From: Macrostomum lignano
Taxonomy: Eukaryota
DNA length: 64,000 nt
Direction of reading: 5' to 3'
Assembly (NCBI GenBank): GCA_002269645.1
Contig: NIVC01000110.1
Span: forward strand, 744,001 to 808,000
Shown here in pieces: positions 11,965 to 23,058 of this stretch. Under the pieces are notes generated by a model, which was not told the DNA's origin, ran no database searches, and saw nothing but the letters and a program-made list of their open reading frames with translations. Numbering within the stretch: the stretch's first letter is position 1; each line of letters begins with the position of its first letter. A program made the position numbers and the translations under genes.

Positions 11965-12650
11965 TAGTGAGATGGGGAGATTAGGGAGATGACGAGTTTA
12001 GGGAGATGGGGAGATTAAGGAGATGGGGAGTTTAGGGAGATAGGGATTTTAGGGAGATGGGGAGTTTAGGGAGATGGGGAGTTTAGGGAGATGGGGAGTT
12101 TAGGGAGATGGGGAGATTAGGGAAATGGGGAGATTAGGGAGATGGGGAGTTTAGGGAGATGGGGAGTTTAGGGAGATGGGGAGATGAGGAAAATGGGGAG
12201 ATTAGGAAAATGGGGAGATTATGGAGATGGTGAGATTAGGGAGATGGGGAGATTAGGGAGATGGGGAGTTTAGGGAGATGGGGAGTTTAGGAAGATGGGG
12301 AGATGAGGAAAATGGGGAGATTAGGAAAATGGGGAGATTATGGAGATGGTGAGATTAGGGAGATGGGGAGATTAGGGAGATGGGGAGATTAGGAAAATGG
12401 GGAGATTAGGGAGATGGCAAGTTTAGGGAGATAGGGATTTTAGGGAGATGGGGAGATTAGGGGGATGGGGAGATTAGGAAAATGGGGAGATTAGGGAGAT
12501 GGTGAGATTAGGGAGATGGGGAGATTAGGGAGATGAGGAAAATGGGGAGATTAGGAAAATGGGGAGATTAGGGAGATGGTGAGATTAGGGAGATGGGGAG
12601 ATTAGGAAGATAAGTGATATGGGAGGATTGGGGAGATTTGGGGAGATTGG
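11965..12650. repeat. 17-bp G-rich minisatellite (GGGAGATGGGGAGATTA)
   Basis: ~40 units between the sulfotransferase stop and the TMPPE start. Confidence 0.95.
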
Positions 12651-12708
12651 AGAAAAATAAAGGAGAGAAGGTGCAGAAGGGATCAGTCAAAGTCAGGTGG
12701 GGAACTGG

Positions 12709-15099
12709 TCAAGAAGGTCCCTCATCAGCCGCAGCCGGACTCTTTTCTCCCGTCTCCCCCAGCCGCAGGCCGCAGCCAGCTCGCAGCGGCTCCAGCAGCT
12801 CCGCATCGAACCGGGCCGCCTCATCAGCCGACATCAGACTCCGCCAGCCGCCAGCCCGGCCAGCCCGATAAAATCCCATTCTGGGATCGTGAGCGCCGTA
12901 GCGCCGGTACCAGGAGTAGCTGGTTGTTGGCCTCAGGCGCATCCGATGAAAGTTGCAGAAGTCCACGATCTGCGCAGGGTGTGGGGTGGGTAGTCTCTGA
13001 GTCACTGCTCACCTTCACTCAGTCATTCCTCACCTCCACTCAGTCATTCCTCACCTCCACTCAGTCATTCCTCACCTCCACTCAGTCATTCCTCACCTCC
13101 ACTCAGTCATTCCTCACCTCCACTCAGTCATTCCTCACCTTCACTCAGTCATTCCTCACCTCCACTTAGTCATTCCTCACCTCCACTCAGTCATTCCTCA
13201 CCTCCACTCAGTCATTCCTCACCTCCACTCAGTCATTCCTCACCTCCACTTAGTCATTCCTCACCTCCACTCAGTCATTCCTCACCTCCACTCAGTCATT
13301 CCTCACCTCCACTTAGTCATTCCTCACCTTCACGCAGGCCTCTCGCAGGTTGTGTGACAATTTTAAGAAACTAAGAAGCCCAATTATCACAAATTCACAT
13401 AAACTACCCGCTCACTCACTTCATTCACCCGCCGCTGACTGGGCTCAGTGACTCCCAGAAACCGAGCAATTCTGATCACACAGCCTGCTGTATCCGCCAT
13501 CAACTCCTCATACGTGAGAAACATCACCCGATCAGGCCTGTCGCAGCTGACACGCCAGAACGCCTCCACGTGGTCAAGCCAAGGACCATAGGGCAGCGGT
13601 CGGTCTCCGCTACTATCCAAGAATCGATCAATGAAATCCCCTGACCAATCTCCCGTGTAGCCAATCAGTGGGCTGAGCATGCGAAGGAAATGATAATAGG
13701 AGATTGACGTGTCTTTCGGACAACGGGCCAGGTAGATTACCTGCGGATCGGGTTTGTTTGCGAGCTGCTTGACTGCTAATGGGAAGCTGCTCTCTAAGTC
13801 ATGTATTCTCTCAGAGTGTGCAACCTTATCTCTTTGATTCTCTTCTCTCGTCTCAACTCTGCATCTCTCTTCCTAACCCAACCTCTCAACCCTGCATCTC
13901 CTTTCTTTAATCCAACTTCTCAACCCTGCATCTCCTTTCTTTAATCCAACTTCTCAACCCTGCATCTCCTTTCTTTAATCCAACTTCTCAACCCTGCATC
14001 TCCTTTCTTTAACCCAACTTCTCAACCCTGCATCTCTCTTCCTAACCCAACCTCTCAACCCAGTATCTCCTTTCTTTAATCCAACTTCTCAACCCTGCAT
14101 CTCCTTTCTTTAATCCAACTTCTCAACCCTGCATCTCCTTTCTTTAATCCAACTTCTCAACCCTGCATCTCCCTTCCTAAACTAACCTCTCAACCCTGCA
14201 TCTCCCTTCCTAAACTAACCTCTCAACCCTGCATCTCCCTTTCTTAACCAACCCAACCTCTCAACCCTGCATCTCCCTTTCTTAACCAACCCTTATCTCA
14301 ACCCTGCATCTTATTTCCCTAACCATAGCCTTACCATAACCCTGCAGCAGATCTCAAACACTAGTCATAGTCCTACCTACATCCAGTAACCCCCTAGGTC
14401 TATCTTTCTTTTCAAGGATTTCCAATTATTCTATCAAAGAAAGTTTCATAAACTTTTTAAAGCCATTAAACTCACTTTAGCACCTGAACCCTTGCTTAAC
14501 TTTTCGTCCACCACAGATCTAGGCAGCAAGCCCCAGGGCAGATGCGATTTAATAAATCGCCTAGAAGTGTTCATAGGCCAACGCTTGATAGTGGCGAGTC
14601 CCGGGTAAGGATATTCCAAATATGGAAACCGGTCCTCAATGCTGACAGTCTCAGCCAGTTTCGAATCAAAGTCGGTGGCCAACATAAACACGAGCTCCTG
14701 GAGCCAAGTGGTGCCAGCTTTGGGAAACGATACGACAAAGATGTCACCAGAACGAACTGGCATTGAAGCCACGCCGTCAAGAGCTCGATAAACATCGGTT
14801 GGTAACCAACAAAAATAGCTGCTCTCTGCATCTGACTTGGCTTTTGATTGATCAACCTCAGCTTTAACGAACTGTACAGACTCGAATTTTTTATCACGAA
14901 CCAGCTTGGACTTCCATTGCTGATGACCTCGCCAACAGGTGAAACCCACTGCACCTAAGGTGGCCGCTGCCGCACTAGCTGCTATTAGTGCAGCTGCACT
15001 TTTACTGCCAGCTCCGGATTCATTGGTTTGTCTGGACTGGGACAGAACTGTGCGACCAGTTGATAACAGACGGTGCTGGGTATGGCGTAAGACTTGCAG
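12709..15099 (-). CDS. Cytosolic-type (PAPS-dependent) sulfotransferase with N-terminal extension; 5' end incomplete
   Basis: Exons 15099-14476, 13740-13420, 12969-12709 (all phase 0, GT-AG). 5'-PSB motif SFPKAGTTW, catalytic His (IKSHLP), 3'-PB motif IYLARCPKDTSISYY, C-terminal FYRAGRAGGW. Frame stays open upstream to an acceptor at 15100; initiating exon not located. Confidence 0.88.
13005..13330. repeat. 21-bp intronic minisatellite (CACTCAGTCATTCCTCACCTC)
   Basis: ~15 units in a sulfotransferase intron. Confidence 0.95.
13855..14320. repeat. 34-bp pyrimidine-rich intronic minisatellite
   Basis: CAACCCTGCATCTCCTTTCTTTAATCCAACTTCT units. Confidence 0.9.
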
Positions 15100-15114
15100 C
15101 TGAAGAACAAATAG

Positions 15115-16450
15115 ATTAGATCTGGAGATTTAATGAGATCAGGTAGATTTGATTTACAGATTCAATGAGATCAAGTAGATATTATATCTGCAGATTCAAT
15201 GAGATCAGGTATAGATTAGATCTGAAGATTCAATGAGATCAGGTATAGATTAGATCTGCAGATTCAATGAGATTAAGTAAAGATTAGATCTACTAATTCA
15301 GTGAGATCAGGTATAGATTAGTTCTGCAGATTCAATGAGATCAGGTATAGATTAGTTCTGCAGATTCAATGAGATCAGGTATAGATTAGTTCTGCAGATT
15401 CAATGAGATCAGGTATAGATTAGATCTGCAGATTCAATGAGATCAGGTATAGATTAGATCTGCAGATTTAATGAGATCAGGTATAGATTAGTTCTGCAGA
15501 TTTAATGAGATCAGGTATAGATTAGTTCTGCAGATTCAATGAGATCAGGTATAGATTAGATCTGCAGATTCAATGAGATTAAGTAAAGATTAGATCTACT
15601 AATTCAGTGAGATCAGGTATAGATTAGATCTGCAGATTCAATGAGATCAAGTAAAGATTAGATCTACTAATTCAGTGAGATCAGGTATAGATTAGATCTG
15701 CAGATTCAATGAGATCAGGTATAGATTAGATCTGCAGATTCAATGAGATTAAGTAAAGATTAGATCTACTAATTCAGTGAGATCAGGTATAGATTAGATC
15801 TGCAGATTCAATGAGATCAAGTAAAGATTAGATCTACTAATTCAGTGAGATCAGGTATAGATTAGTTCTGCAGATTCAATGAGATCAGGTATAGATTAGA
15901 TCTGCAGATTCAATGAGATCAGGTATAGATTAGATCTGCAGATTCAATGAGATCAGATATAGATTAGATCTGTAGATTCAATGAGATCAAGTAAAGATTA
16001 GATCTACTAATTCAGTGAGATCAGGTATAGATTAGTTCTGCAGATTCAATGAGATCAGGTATAGATTAGATCTGCAGATTCAATGAGATCAGGTATAGAT
16101 TAGATCTGCAGATTCAATGAGATCAGGTATAGATTAGATCTGCAGATTCAATGAGATCAGGTATAGATTAGATCTGCAGATTCAATGAGATCAGGTATAG
16201 ATTAGTTCTGCAGATTCAATGAGATCAGGTATAGATTAGTTCTGCAGATTCAATGAGATCAGGTATAGATTAGATCTGCAGATTTAATGAGATCAAGTAT
16301 AGATTAGATCTACAGATTCAATGAGATCAGGTATAGATTAGATTTGCAGATTCAATAAGATCAGGTATAGATTAGATTTGCAGATTGAATGAGATGAGAT
16401 CAAGTATAGATTAGATTTACAGATTCAATGAGATCAAGTAGATTAGATCT
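15115..16450. repeat. 34-bp minisatellite (CAGATTCAATGAGATCAGGTATAGATTAGATCTG)
   Basis: ~39 units upstream of the first identified sulfotransferase exon. Confidence 0.95.
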
Positions 16451-16516
16451 ACAAAATGATTTAGAATATTTAGTTTAAAAAACACTGATATTTAATTAAA
16501 TAACTGCTCTTATAAT

Positions 16517-17226
16517 TGTAGTAGGGGGTTTAGTTTCAAGCAGTTTTGCTAAGGCGTTTGCCATTCGTCGGGATGAATTATTTTAGTAGCATGAATTCGA
16601 GAATAAGCAGTTTTGCTTTTACGCTACTATTAGTAGTTCACCTTCGGGAAAATATCTGAAGCTATGGGAATTCGAGTCTTAGCGGGTTTCTCTATTAGTA
16701 AAAGGCTGTTTGGCCTCGGGAAAAGCATCCTGTTCAGGACCGTCCATTGGACAACATTTGTAAGAGATCTAAGTCTCAAATAAGCCAGACTAAGGGAGTC
16801 TCCCCTTTATAAAATAAAAGAATATATATAAGAAAGTATAAAAGGTAAGATCGGGGTAAAATAGGGAGGCTAAGAGGAGTCTACCGCTTAGTCAAAACGG
16901 AGTCTACCGAGAATAGGAATTAGTACAGTCAGTTAGATAGAAGTAAGGGAAAGGAACCAGGAGTCTACCGGTTCTAATAACATAGTAATAATAGTGCTTA
17001 AATCTTTGCATATTTGGTTCAATAATATCATTTTCTTTTGTTTGTTTATTCCAATAATCTTCCATGAAGTCGACTCTTGTCTCACTTATTTTAATCTAAA
17101 ACTATTATTATAAGGGACATTAGTCTGGTGGCAGCAACCTACCAAATTAGAGTACATAATAACAGAAGTAATAATAGAAAACCAGAATAAACCAGTAGCC
17201 TAAACCGCAGGTACCACGCGTGTCCA
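16517..17226 (+). repeat. 5' LTR of gypsy element
   Basis: 710 bp, near-identical to 24488-25197. Confidence 0.97.
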
Positions 17227-17228
17227 AT

Positions 17229-17247
17229 TGGTGGCAGCGGTGGGATT
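17229..17247 (+). promoter_or_regulatory. Primer-binding site, tRNA-Leu type
   Basis: TGGTGGCAGCGGTGGGATT is complementary to the metazoan tRNA-Leu(AAG/UAG) 3' end ...AATCCCACCGCTGCCACCA (recalled tRNA sequence). Confidence 0.85.
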
Positions 17248-17649
17248 AGTAAACCCGAGAAACGCAAAAAAGTTAAGACTGGTGCAAACTAGCAAAAAAA
17301 TTAGTAAAATATATAACCTGCAAAATAAAACGTTTCGGAGAGTCAGAATCAAGTACGAAGGTAATTAATCTAAAATTACTAAAACTAATACGATAATCCT
17401 AATCTTAGGATTAACGGATTAAGATCGAATTAACGCTTCTAGTAGCTAATAGTGTCAAAATTAATAGCAAGGTCATAATTGACCCAGTTAAAAGTGAAGA
17501 GATCACGCAGTCTAGCAGTTCTGTTCACAAAAAATTAGAAATAACCAATTAAACTAGCTAGGTAGATCAGTGACTCAGGAGTCTCCCAGTTTCACTGAAT
17601 TCAATTAATAGTAAAGTATCAGAAGCGATAATTCGTAATCAGGAATCTA

Positions 17650-18660
17650 ATGGACGCTAATGACGTAGTAGAAGCTTTGGCTGAAGGCATTAGAGACAGG
17701 CTAGACATTAGAAAGCACATTAGGATCCAAAAGTACACGCCTAATCAAGATATAGACGTATGGATTCAGGCTTTTGAGCAAAGGTGTATCGCAGATGAGA
17801 TACCTGCAGCCGATTGGAAAAATGAACTACTATCTAATCTAGATGTCCAATCAGCATTTGCTATTGTGACAAGGCTGAATTTAGATCCTAATCTACCGTA
17901 TGCTGAATTCAAGGATAGGCTCATCGAACGATTCACGCATGCGGGTAGTGCCCAAGAAGCTAGGGAAGAATTCCGCAGCAGATATCAATCTAAGACAGAG
18001 AGCTCTGACGACTATGCGGAGGAGCTGACAGAGTTAGCCTATAGGGCATTTCCCCACCTAACTAATGACCAAAGACAGGAAGAAGTGGTGGAACAATTTA
18101 TTAGAGGTGTTAGGATAACCCCAGAGGCTAGGGAAAAGCTACTGCTAGCACAGGCGAACACACTCCAAGAGACACGTCGAGTCTTGCGACGTATCGAAAT
18201 GGCGTATACCATGTCTCGCCGAGGGAGAGATCCAGCTCAGTGCAAGGCAACTGGAGGAGATGAGGCTGAGAGTAGCTTGAGGGAGTTAGTCCGCAAGCAA
18301 GGTGAGACACTAGAAAGCCAGCAGAGGGTGCTCCAGGAGTTGCTTCGACACCAGCAGAGTGCTGAGCAGAAGGCTAGGCAGAAGCCGTACCAAGGCCAGC
18401 AACAGGGCCAAGGTCAGAAGCAGCCAGTAAAGTGCTTCAAGTGTGGGAAAAGTGGTCACATAGCTAAGCATTGCCAGCAGCAGCAGAATCAGCCGCAGTT
18501 TCCGCAGCAGCAGTTTCCACAACCACCACAGTTTATTCCGTACCAGCCGCAGTACCCGCCGCCGCAGTTCCCGCAGCAGCAGTTCCCGCAGCAGTACCAG
18601 AATAAGAATCAGGGAAACGGAGTAGCCGGAAGCGTAGGAGGCAACGCTTTCCAGAAGTAG
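17650..18660 (+). CDS. gag: Gypsy Gag (336 aa)
   Basis: Retrotransposon capsid-like region (RYQSKTESSDDYAEEL), CCHC knuckle CFKCGKSGHIAKHC, Q/P-rich tail. Confidence 0.93.
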   Translation: MDANDVVEALAEGIRDRLDIRKHIRIQKYTPNQDIDVWIQAFEQRCIADEIPAADWKNELLSNLDVQSAFAIVTRLNLDPNLPYAEFKDRLIERFTHAGSAQEAREEFRSRYQSKTESSDDYAEELTELAYRAFPHLTNDQRQEEVVEQFIRGVRITPEAREKLLLAQANTLQETRRVLRRIEMAYTMSRRGRDPAQCKATGGDEAESSLRELVRKQGETLESQQRVLQELLRHQQSAEQKARQKPYQGQQQGQGQKQPVKCFKCGKSGHIAKHCQQQQNQPQFPQQQFPQPPQFIPYQPQYPPPQFPQQQFPQQYQNKNQGNGVAGSVGGNAFQK

Positions 18661-21600
18661 ACAGCCAGCAGTCTGTAGCCTCGCAACCTGTAAATAGCAG
18701 CGATAGTTTTTCTGTAAATAGTGAATTGAATTCTTTGTATAACAGTATGCATGCGCAACCATTTAATCAATCATTTAATCAACCAAATATTTATTCTCAG
18801 CACTTTTCACACGCACCACAGCAACAACCTTGTTCTAGTAAGCAGCAAATTAAACCACAAAATTTAAGCAAACCAACTAAGAAGCGAAATTACGATCCGT
18901 ATATTACTGGCAGCATTCTAAATAAGGAGGTAGTTTATCTATTAGACACTGGCAGCAATAGGAACATTCTAGGACGTGAAACCTGGAAACACTTGTTCAC
19001 TGGCAAGAATAGTCACTTAATTAAGCAGTGGAACAATAGAATCGTGTCATTCACGGAAGAGCCGATTCCAATTAAAGGTTCCGTAGTTATTAAGGCGACA
19101 TTCGGTGATTTTGAAGAAGAAATAGAGTTTCTTTTATGTGACGCAGAGGTAGACAATGTAATAGGCGTGACGTTTGTCCAACAATATTGTAATGCTATTG
19201 ACTTCGAAGCAGGAATGCTAACTATGAAGCAGGGAACTAGAATTCCACTTCGTTCAACCAGAGCTAAGCCTCAGGTTAAGAGAATCTATGTTGCAGAAAA
19301 GACGACAGTTCCAGCTAATAGTTCAGGATTAGTCAAGGTTAGATTAGCCACAGGTAGTGAATCCAATTTCGGAGTGCCGTCAGTTGTTGAGCCACTCAGA
19401 TCAGGATTGAAGACTAGAGCAGAGAAGGTAACTGTAGTACCAAGCTTAGTAACTCTAAGGCAAGGAGAAGCGTATCTAGAAGTGATTAACACCAGCTCAC
19501 AGGAAGCTAGAGTGCCAGCAGCAGCACTAGTAGGAATGGCTAAGCCACTTTTAGCTAGTGAATTAAACTATCTTAAAGAACAACCAGAGAAAGAGCAGTT
19601 ATGCCAGAATAAGAACACGCAGTTTTGCGAAAACATCAGACAGGTTCAAGACAAGTCAGAAGACTGGATTAGTGAGATTAACATAGGAACTGAACTGACT
19701 CAGGAGCAGAGACAGAAGGTGATCGAAGTCGTCCAGGAGCATTCAGCAGCTTTCTCGCAGCACGAGTTAGACTTAGGCAGAACGCATTTAGTCACACATG
19801 AGATTATCTTGAAGGACAACAACCCAGTTCAGATACCAGCTAGAAAGATTCCACCTCATTGGATCAAGGAGGTAGATGAGCAGTTAGATCTCATGTTGGC
19901 TAGAGGCATCATTAGGCCTAGTTACTCGCAGTACTCGACTCCATTAGTCATAGTACCTAAGAAAGATGGTTCGCTGAGATTAGTTAACGACTATCGAGCA
20001 CTAAACAACAAATCGGAGTACTTTCCGTATCCAATAACTAATATTAATGAAACATTCTCATGTCTCCATGGGCCAGTCAATTTTCTACGTTAGATCTATT
20101 TTCGGGATATTATCAGATAGCTCTTAGGGAAGAAGATAAGTGCAAGACTAGTTTTCCAACTTTACATCGAGGCTCGTTTGAGTACGAAGTTTTGCCAATG
20201 GGATTGCAAGGAGCTCCAGGAACTTTCCAAAGGTGCATGAACTTAGTTCTTAAGGACATTGCACAGAAGTTCGCCATAGCTTACTTAGACGATGTAATAG
20301 TTTATAGTACAGACTTTGAATCTCACTTAGAACACCTGAAAGAAGTGCTCAAAAGACTAATCCAAGCTAATATGAAACTAAAGGCGAAGAAATGTCACCT
20401 TTTCAAATCGGAACTGCAATATCTAGGACACGTCATAGGCAAATCAGGAATTAAAAGAGATGCGTCAAAGTTAGAAACGATTAGGAACTGGCCAAAACCT
20501 AAATCGTGACAGAGCTTCGAAGTTTTCTCGGACTCTGTAACTATTATCGAAAGTTTGTTAGAGATTTCGCAGAGGTAGCAGCACCACTCTGTGAGCTAAC
20601 GAAGAAGAACATCAAGTGTATCCAGGACAAATGGACCAGGATTCATGATGAATGCTTCGAGCTGTTGAAGGAACGGATGTGTTCCGAAGAAGTGCTTGCT
20701 TACCCAGAGTTTAATACGGACCCCCAAGTTTATTTTGTGTTAGACACTGATGCATCAGATGTCAGAATTGGGGCGGTCTTAAATCAAGTACAGAGCGACG
20801 GAGTTGAGAGACCGATCGCGTATTATAGTCGAAAAATGAGGCAGTCAGAAAGTAGATATCCGATTACGAGGAAGGAGCTTCTAGCGATTGTTGACTCGCT
20901 GAAGTACTTCAGGTTTTACCTCGTAGGGAAACGTTTTAAGGTGCGCACTGATCACAATGCCCTAACCTGGTTGCTTCGCCAGACCGAACAGACAGGCATT
21001 TTAGGTCGTTGGATCGAGAGACTTAGTGAATTTGATTTTGAGATTGAGCATAGAAGTGGCCCTAAGCATGTGAATGCTGATGCTCTATCCAGGATCCCGG
21101 ATCCTCAACAGGATGAGTCATCCCCATATGCCAGGTCGCTTAGCTGTAGGGCAACTGTGAACACAGACCCAGCATCAGCTGTTACTGTGAGCTCAGGCAA
21201 TTCCGCGCAAGCCGAAACCTGTAGTCTGCACAGTGGAGTTACGTCATGCTGTTCGCCGCAGAATATGGCGCCGAACCGACACAATACTCCGAGTTTTAGT
21301 AGCAGGTTGCTAAGCAAAAGGCAAGAACAGGAGCCTAAGGAAAGGCACCCGCTTGTTTGCAATGCACTGCTGAGTGATTACCTTCGTAGCCCTGTGCGTC
21401 GCGAAAAATTGGTCGCAGCTCAGCTAGCCGACCCCGCACTAAGCTATGTCAGGAATCTGATTGAATCTGACTTGCCGAAACCGAACTTTCAAGAAAGACT
21501 AGAATTGTCTCACGAGATTAGAAATCTGCTAGGCTATTATGAACTCTTCAGGATAGAAGACGGTGTTCTCCGAATAGACTTAAATTTAGGGCGGACCGAA

Positions 21601-23054
21601 TCTAAAGTGGTGTTGCCCAAGTCTTTGGATGGTGAAGTTTTTCACGAATTCCACGATTCACCGTTAGCAGGTCATTAGGAAGAGACAAAACTTATCAGCG
21701 AATTAAAGAAAGATTTTGGAGAGTAGGATTAGCTACAGCAGTCGAAAAGTACGTCGCCAAGTGCAAATCCTGTTTAGAAAGTAAATCAAGAAAGCGATGC
21801 AAGGCACCAGTGCAGAATTTTCCTATTGTCGAGCCATTCTCACGCCTTCACATTGATTTGATAGGTCCGATCAGTCAGACTAGCAAATCTGGTAACAAAT
21901 ATGTCTTGTCAGTTATTGACAGCACTAGCAAATTTCCGTTTGCGTTTGCAATTAAAAATCAGAAGGCTAAGACAGTAATTAAAATTCTGCAGGAGCGAGT
22001 TTTCGCCGACTTTGGAATACCTCAGTGGATTCACACGGATCAGGGAACACAGTTTACAGGGAGAGCATTTAGGAAATTTCTAGACCTCTATGGGATTAGG
22101 CACACTAGGACAACAAGCTATCATCCACAAAGCAATGGGCTAGTAGAGAATTTAAACAAACAAATTAAGTCAATTCTTACCTGTTTGCTCGAGAAAGAAC
22201 ATGCGAACTGGGATGTTCTATTGCCCGGTTGTGTAACCGCATTGCGCACCAGTACGCATACAGCCACAGGTTTCAGCCCGCATTATCTTGTGTTTGGAAG
22301 AGAGGCCCGGATGCCGAGTGACAATGTGTTCCAGCAGCCAAAGGCGTTCGCCGATCTGCCTGCTTACGTTCAAGAGCACTTAACTCACCTGCAAGAGGGG
22401 CAAGAACTCGCCAAACAGCGGCTCAAATTAATACAACGTAAGCGTGAGCAGCACTATTCTAACAAACCTAAACAACCAGACTTACCTATAGGGAGCTTAG
22501 TTTTCATTAACAACCCAGTCATCACACAGACAGAAGCCAACAAGTTCCACAGGAAGAGAAGAGCAGTCTACGAGGTCATAGAACAGTTATCAGAAGTAGT
22601 TTACAGGATTAGATTATTAAACAAAAGTACTAAGGCTAGAAAAGAGGAATTAGTCATGCATAGGGATAATTTACTACCCGTACCAACAGCCGATTACGTT
22701 AGTGAGGAAGAAAAGCCAGAAAGCAGTTGTGCCAGGCGACCGAAACTTCGAGGAAATGTACCGCTTAATCCGATGTACGAAGCAGCCGACAGTGAGAGTG
22801 AACATGAAGATGAAGTGCAGTTTGTGCCAGTGCAAATTCAAAATAATGTTCCAGTGCCAGTGCAGGTTATGCCAGTGCAGGATATACCAGTGCAAGATAT
22901 GCCAGTACAAAATAACGAACAGCCAGTAGTCGAAAATAGACCAGTTAGAAATAGACGGGAGCCGAGTAGATTAGCGATAGACCCAGGCCAGAAGAGCTAC
23001 GTACAGAGAGTAAAGGAGTTGTTTAACCCCTATCTACTCTTCCAGCTCGAATAG
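18606..23054 (+). CDS. pol: Gypsy Pol (protease-RT-RNase H-integrase), interrupted by three single-base deletions
   Basis: LLDTGS protease, YLDD RT, DTDASD RNase H, H-H-C-C zinc finger and IDLIGP...TDQGTQF...E integrase. Frame shifts near 20070, 20505 and 21675 join ORFs 18726-20093, 20060-20509, 20506-21678, 21810-23054. Confidence 0.93.
18612..18685 (+). promoter_or_regulatory. -1 programmed ribosomal frameshift signal (G GGA AAC + hairpin/pseudoknot)
   Basis: Slippery heptamer 18612-18618 in gag phase; pol frame (-1) is open from 18606; stem GGAAGCGT 18628-18635 / ACGCTTTCC 18644-18652. Confidence 0.8.
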
Positions 23055-23058
23055 CATT

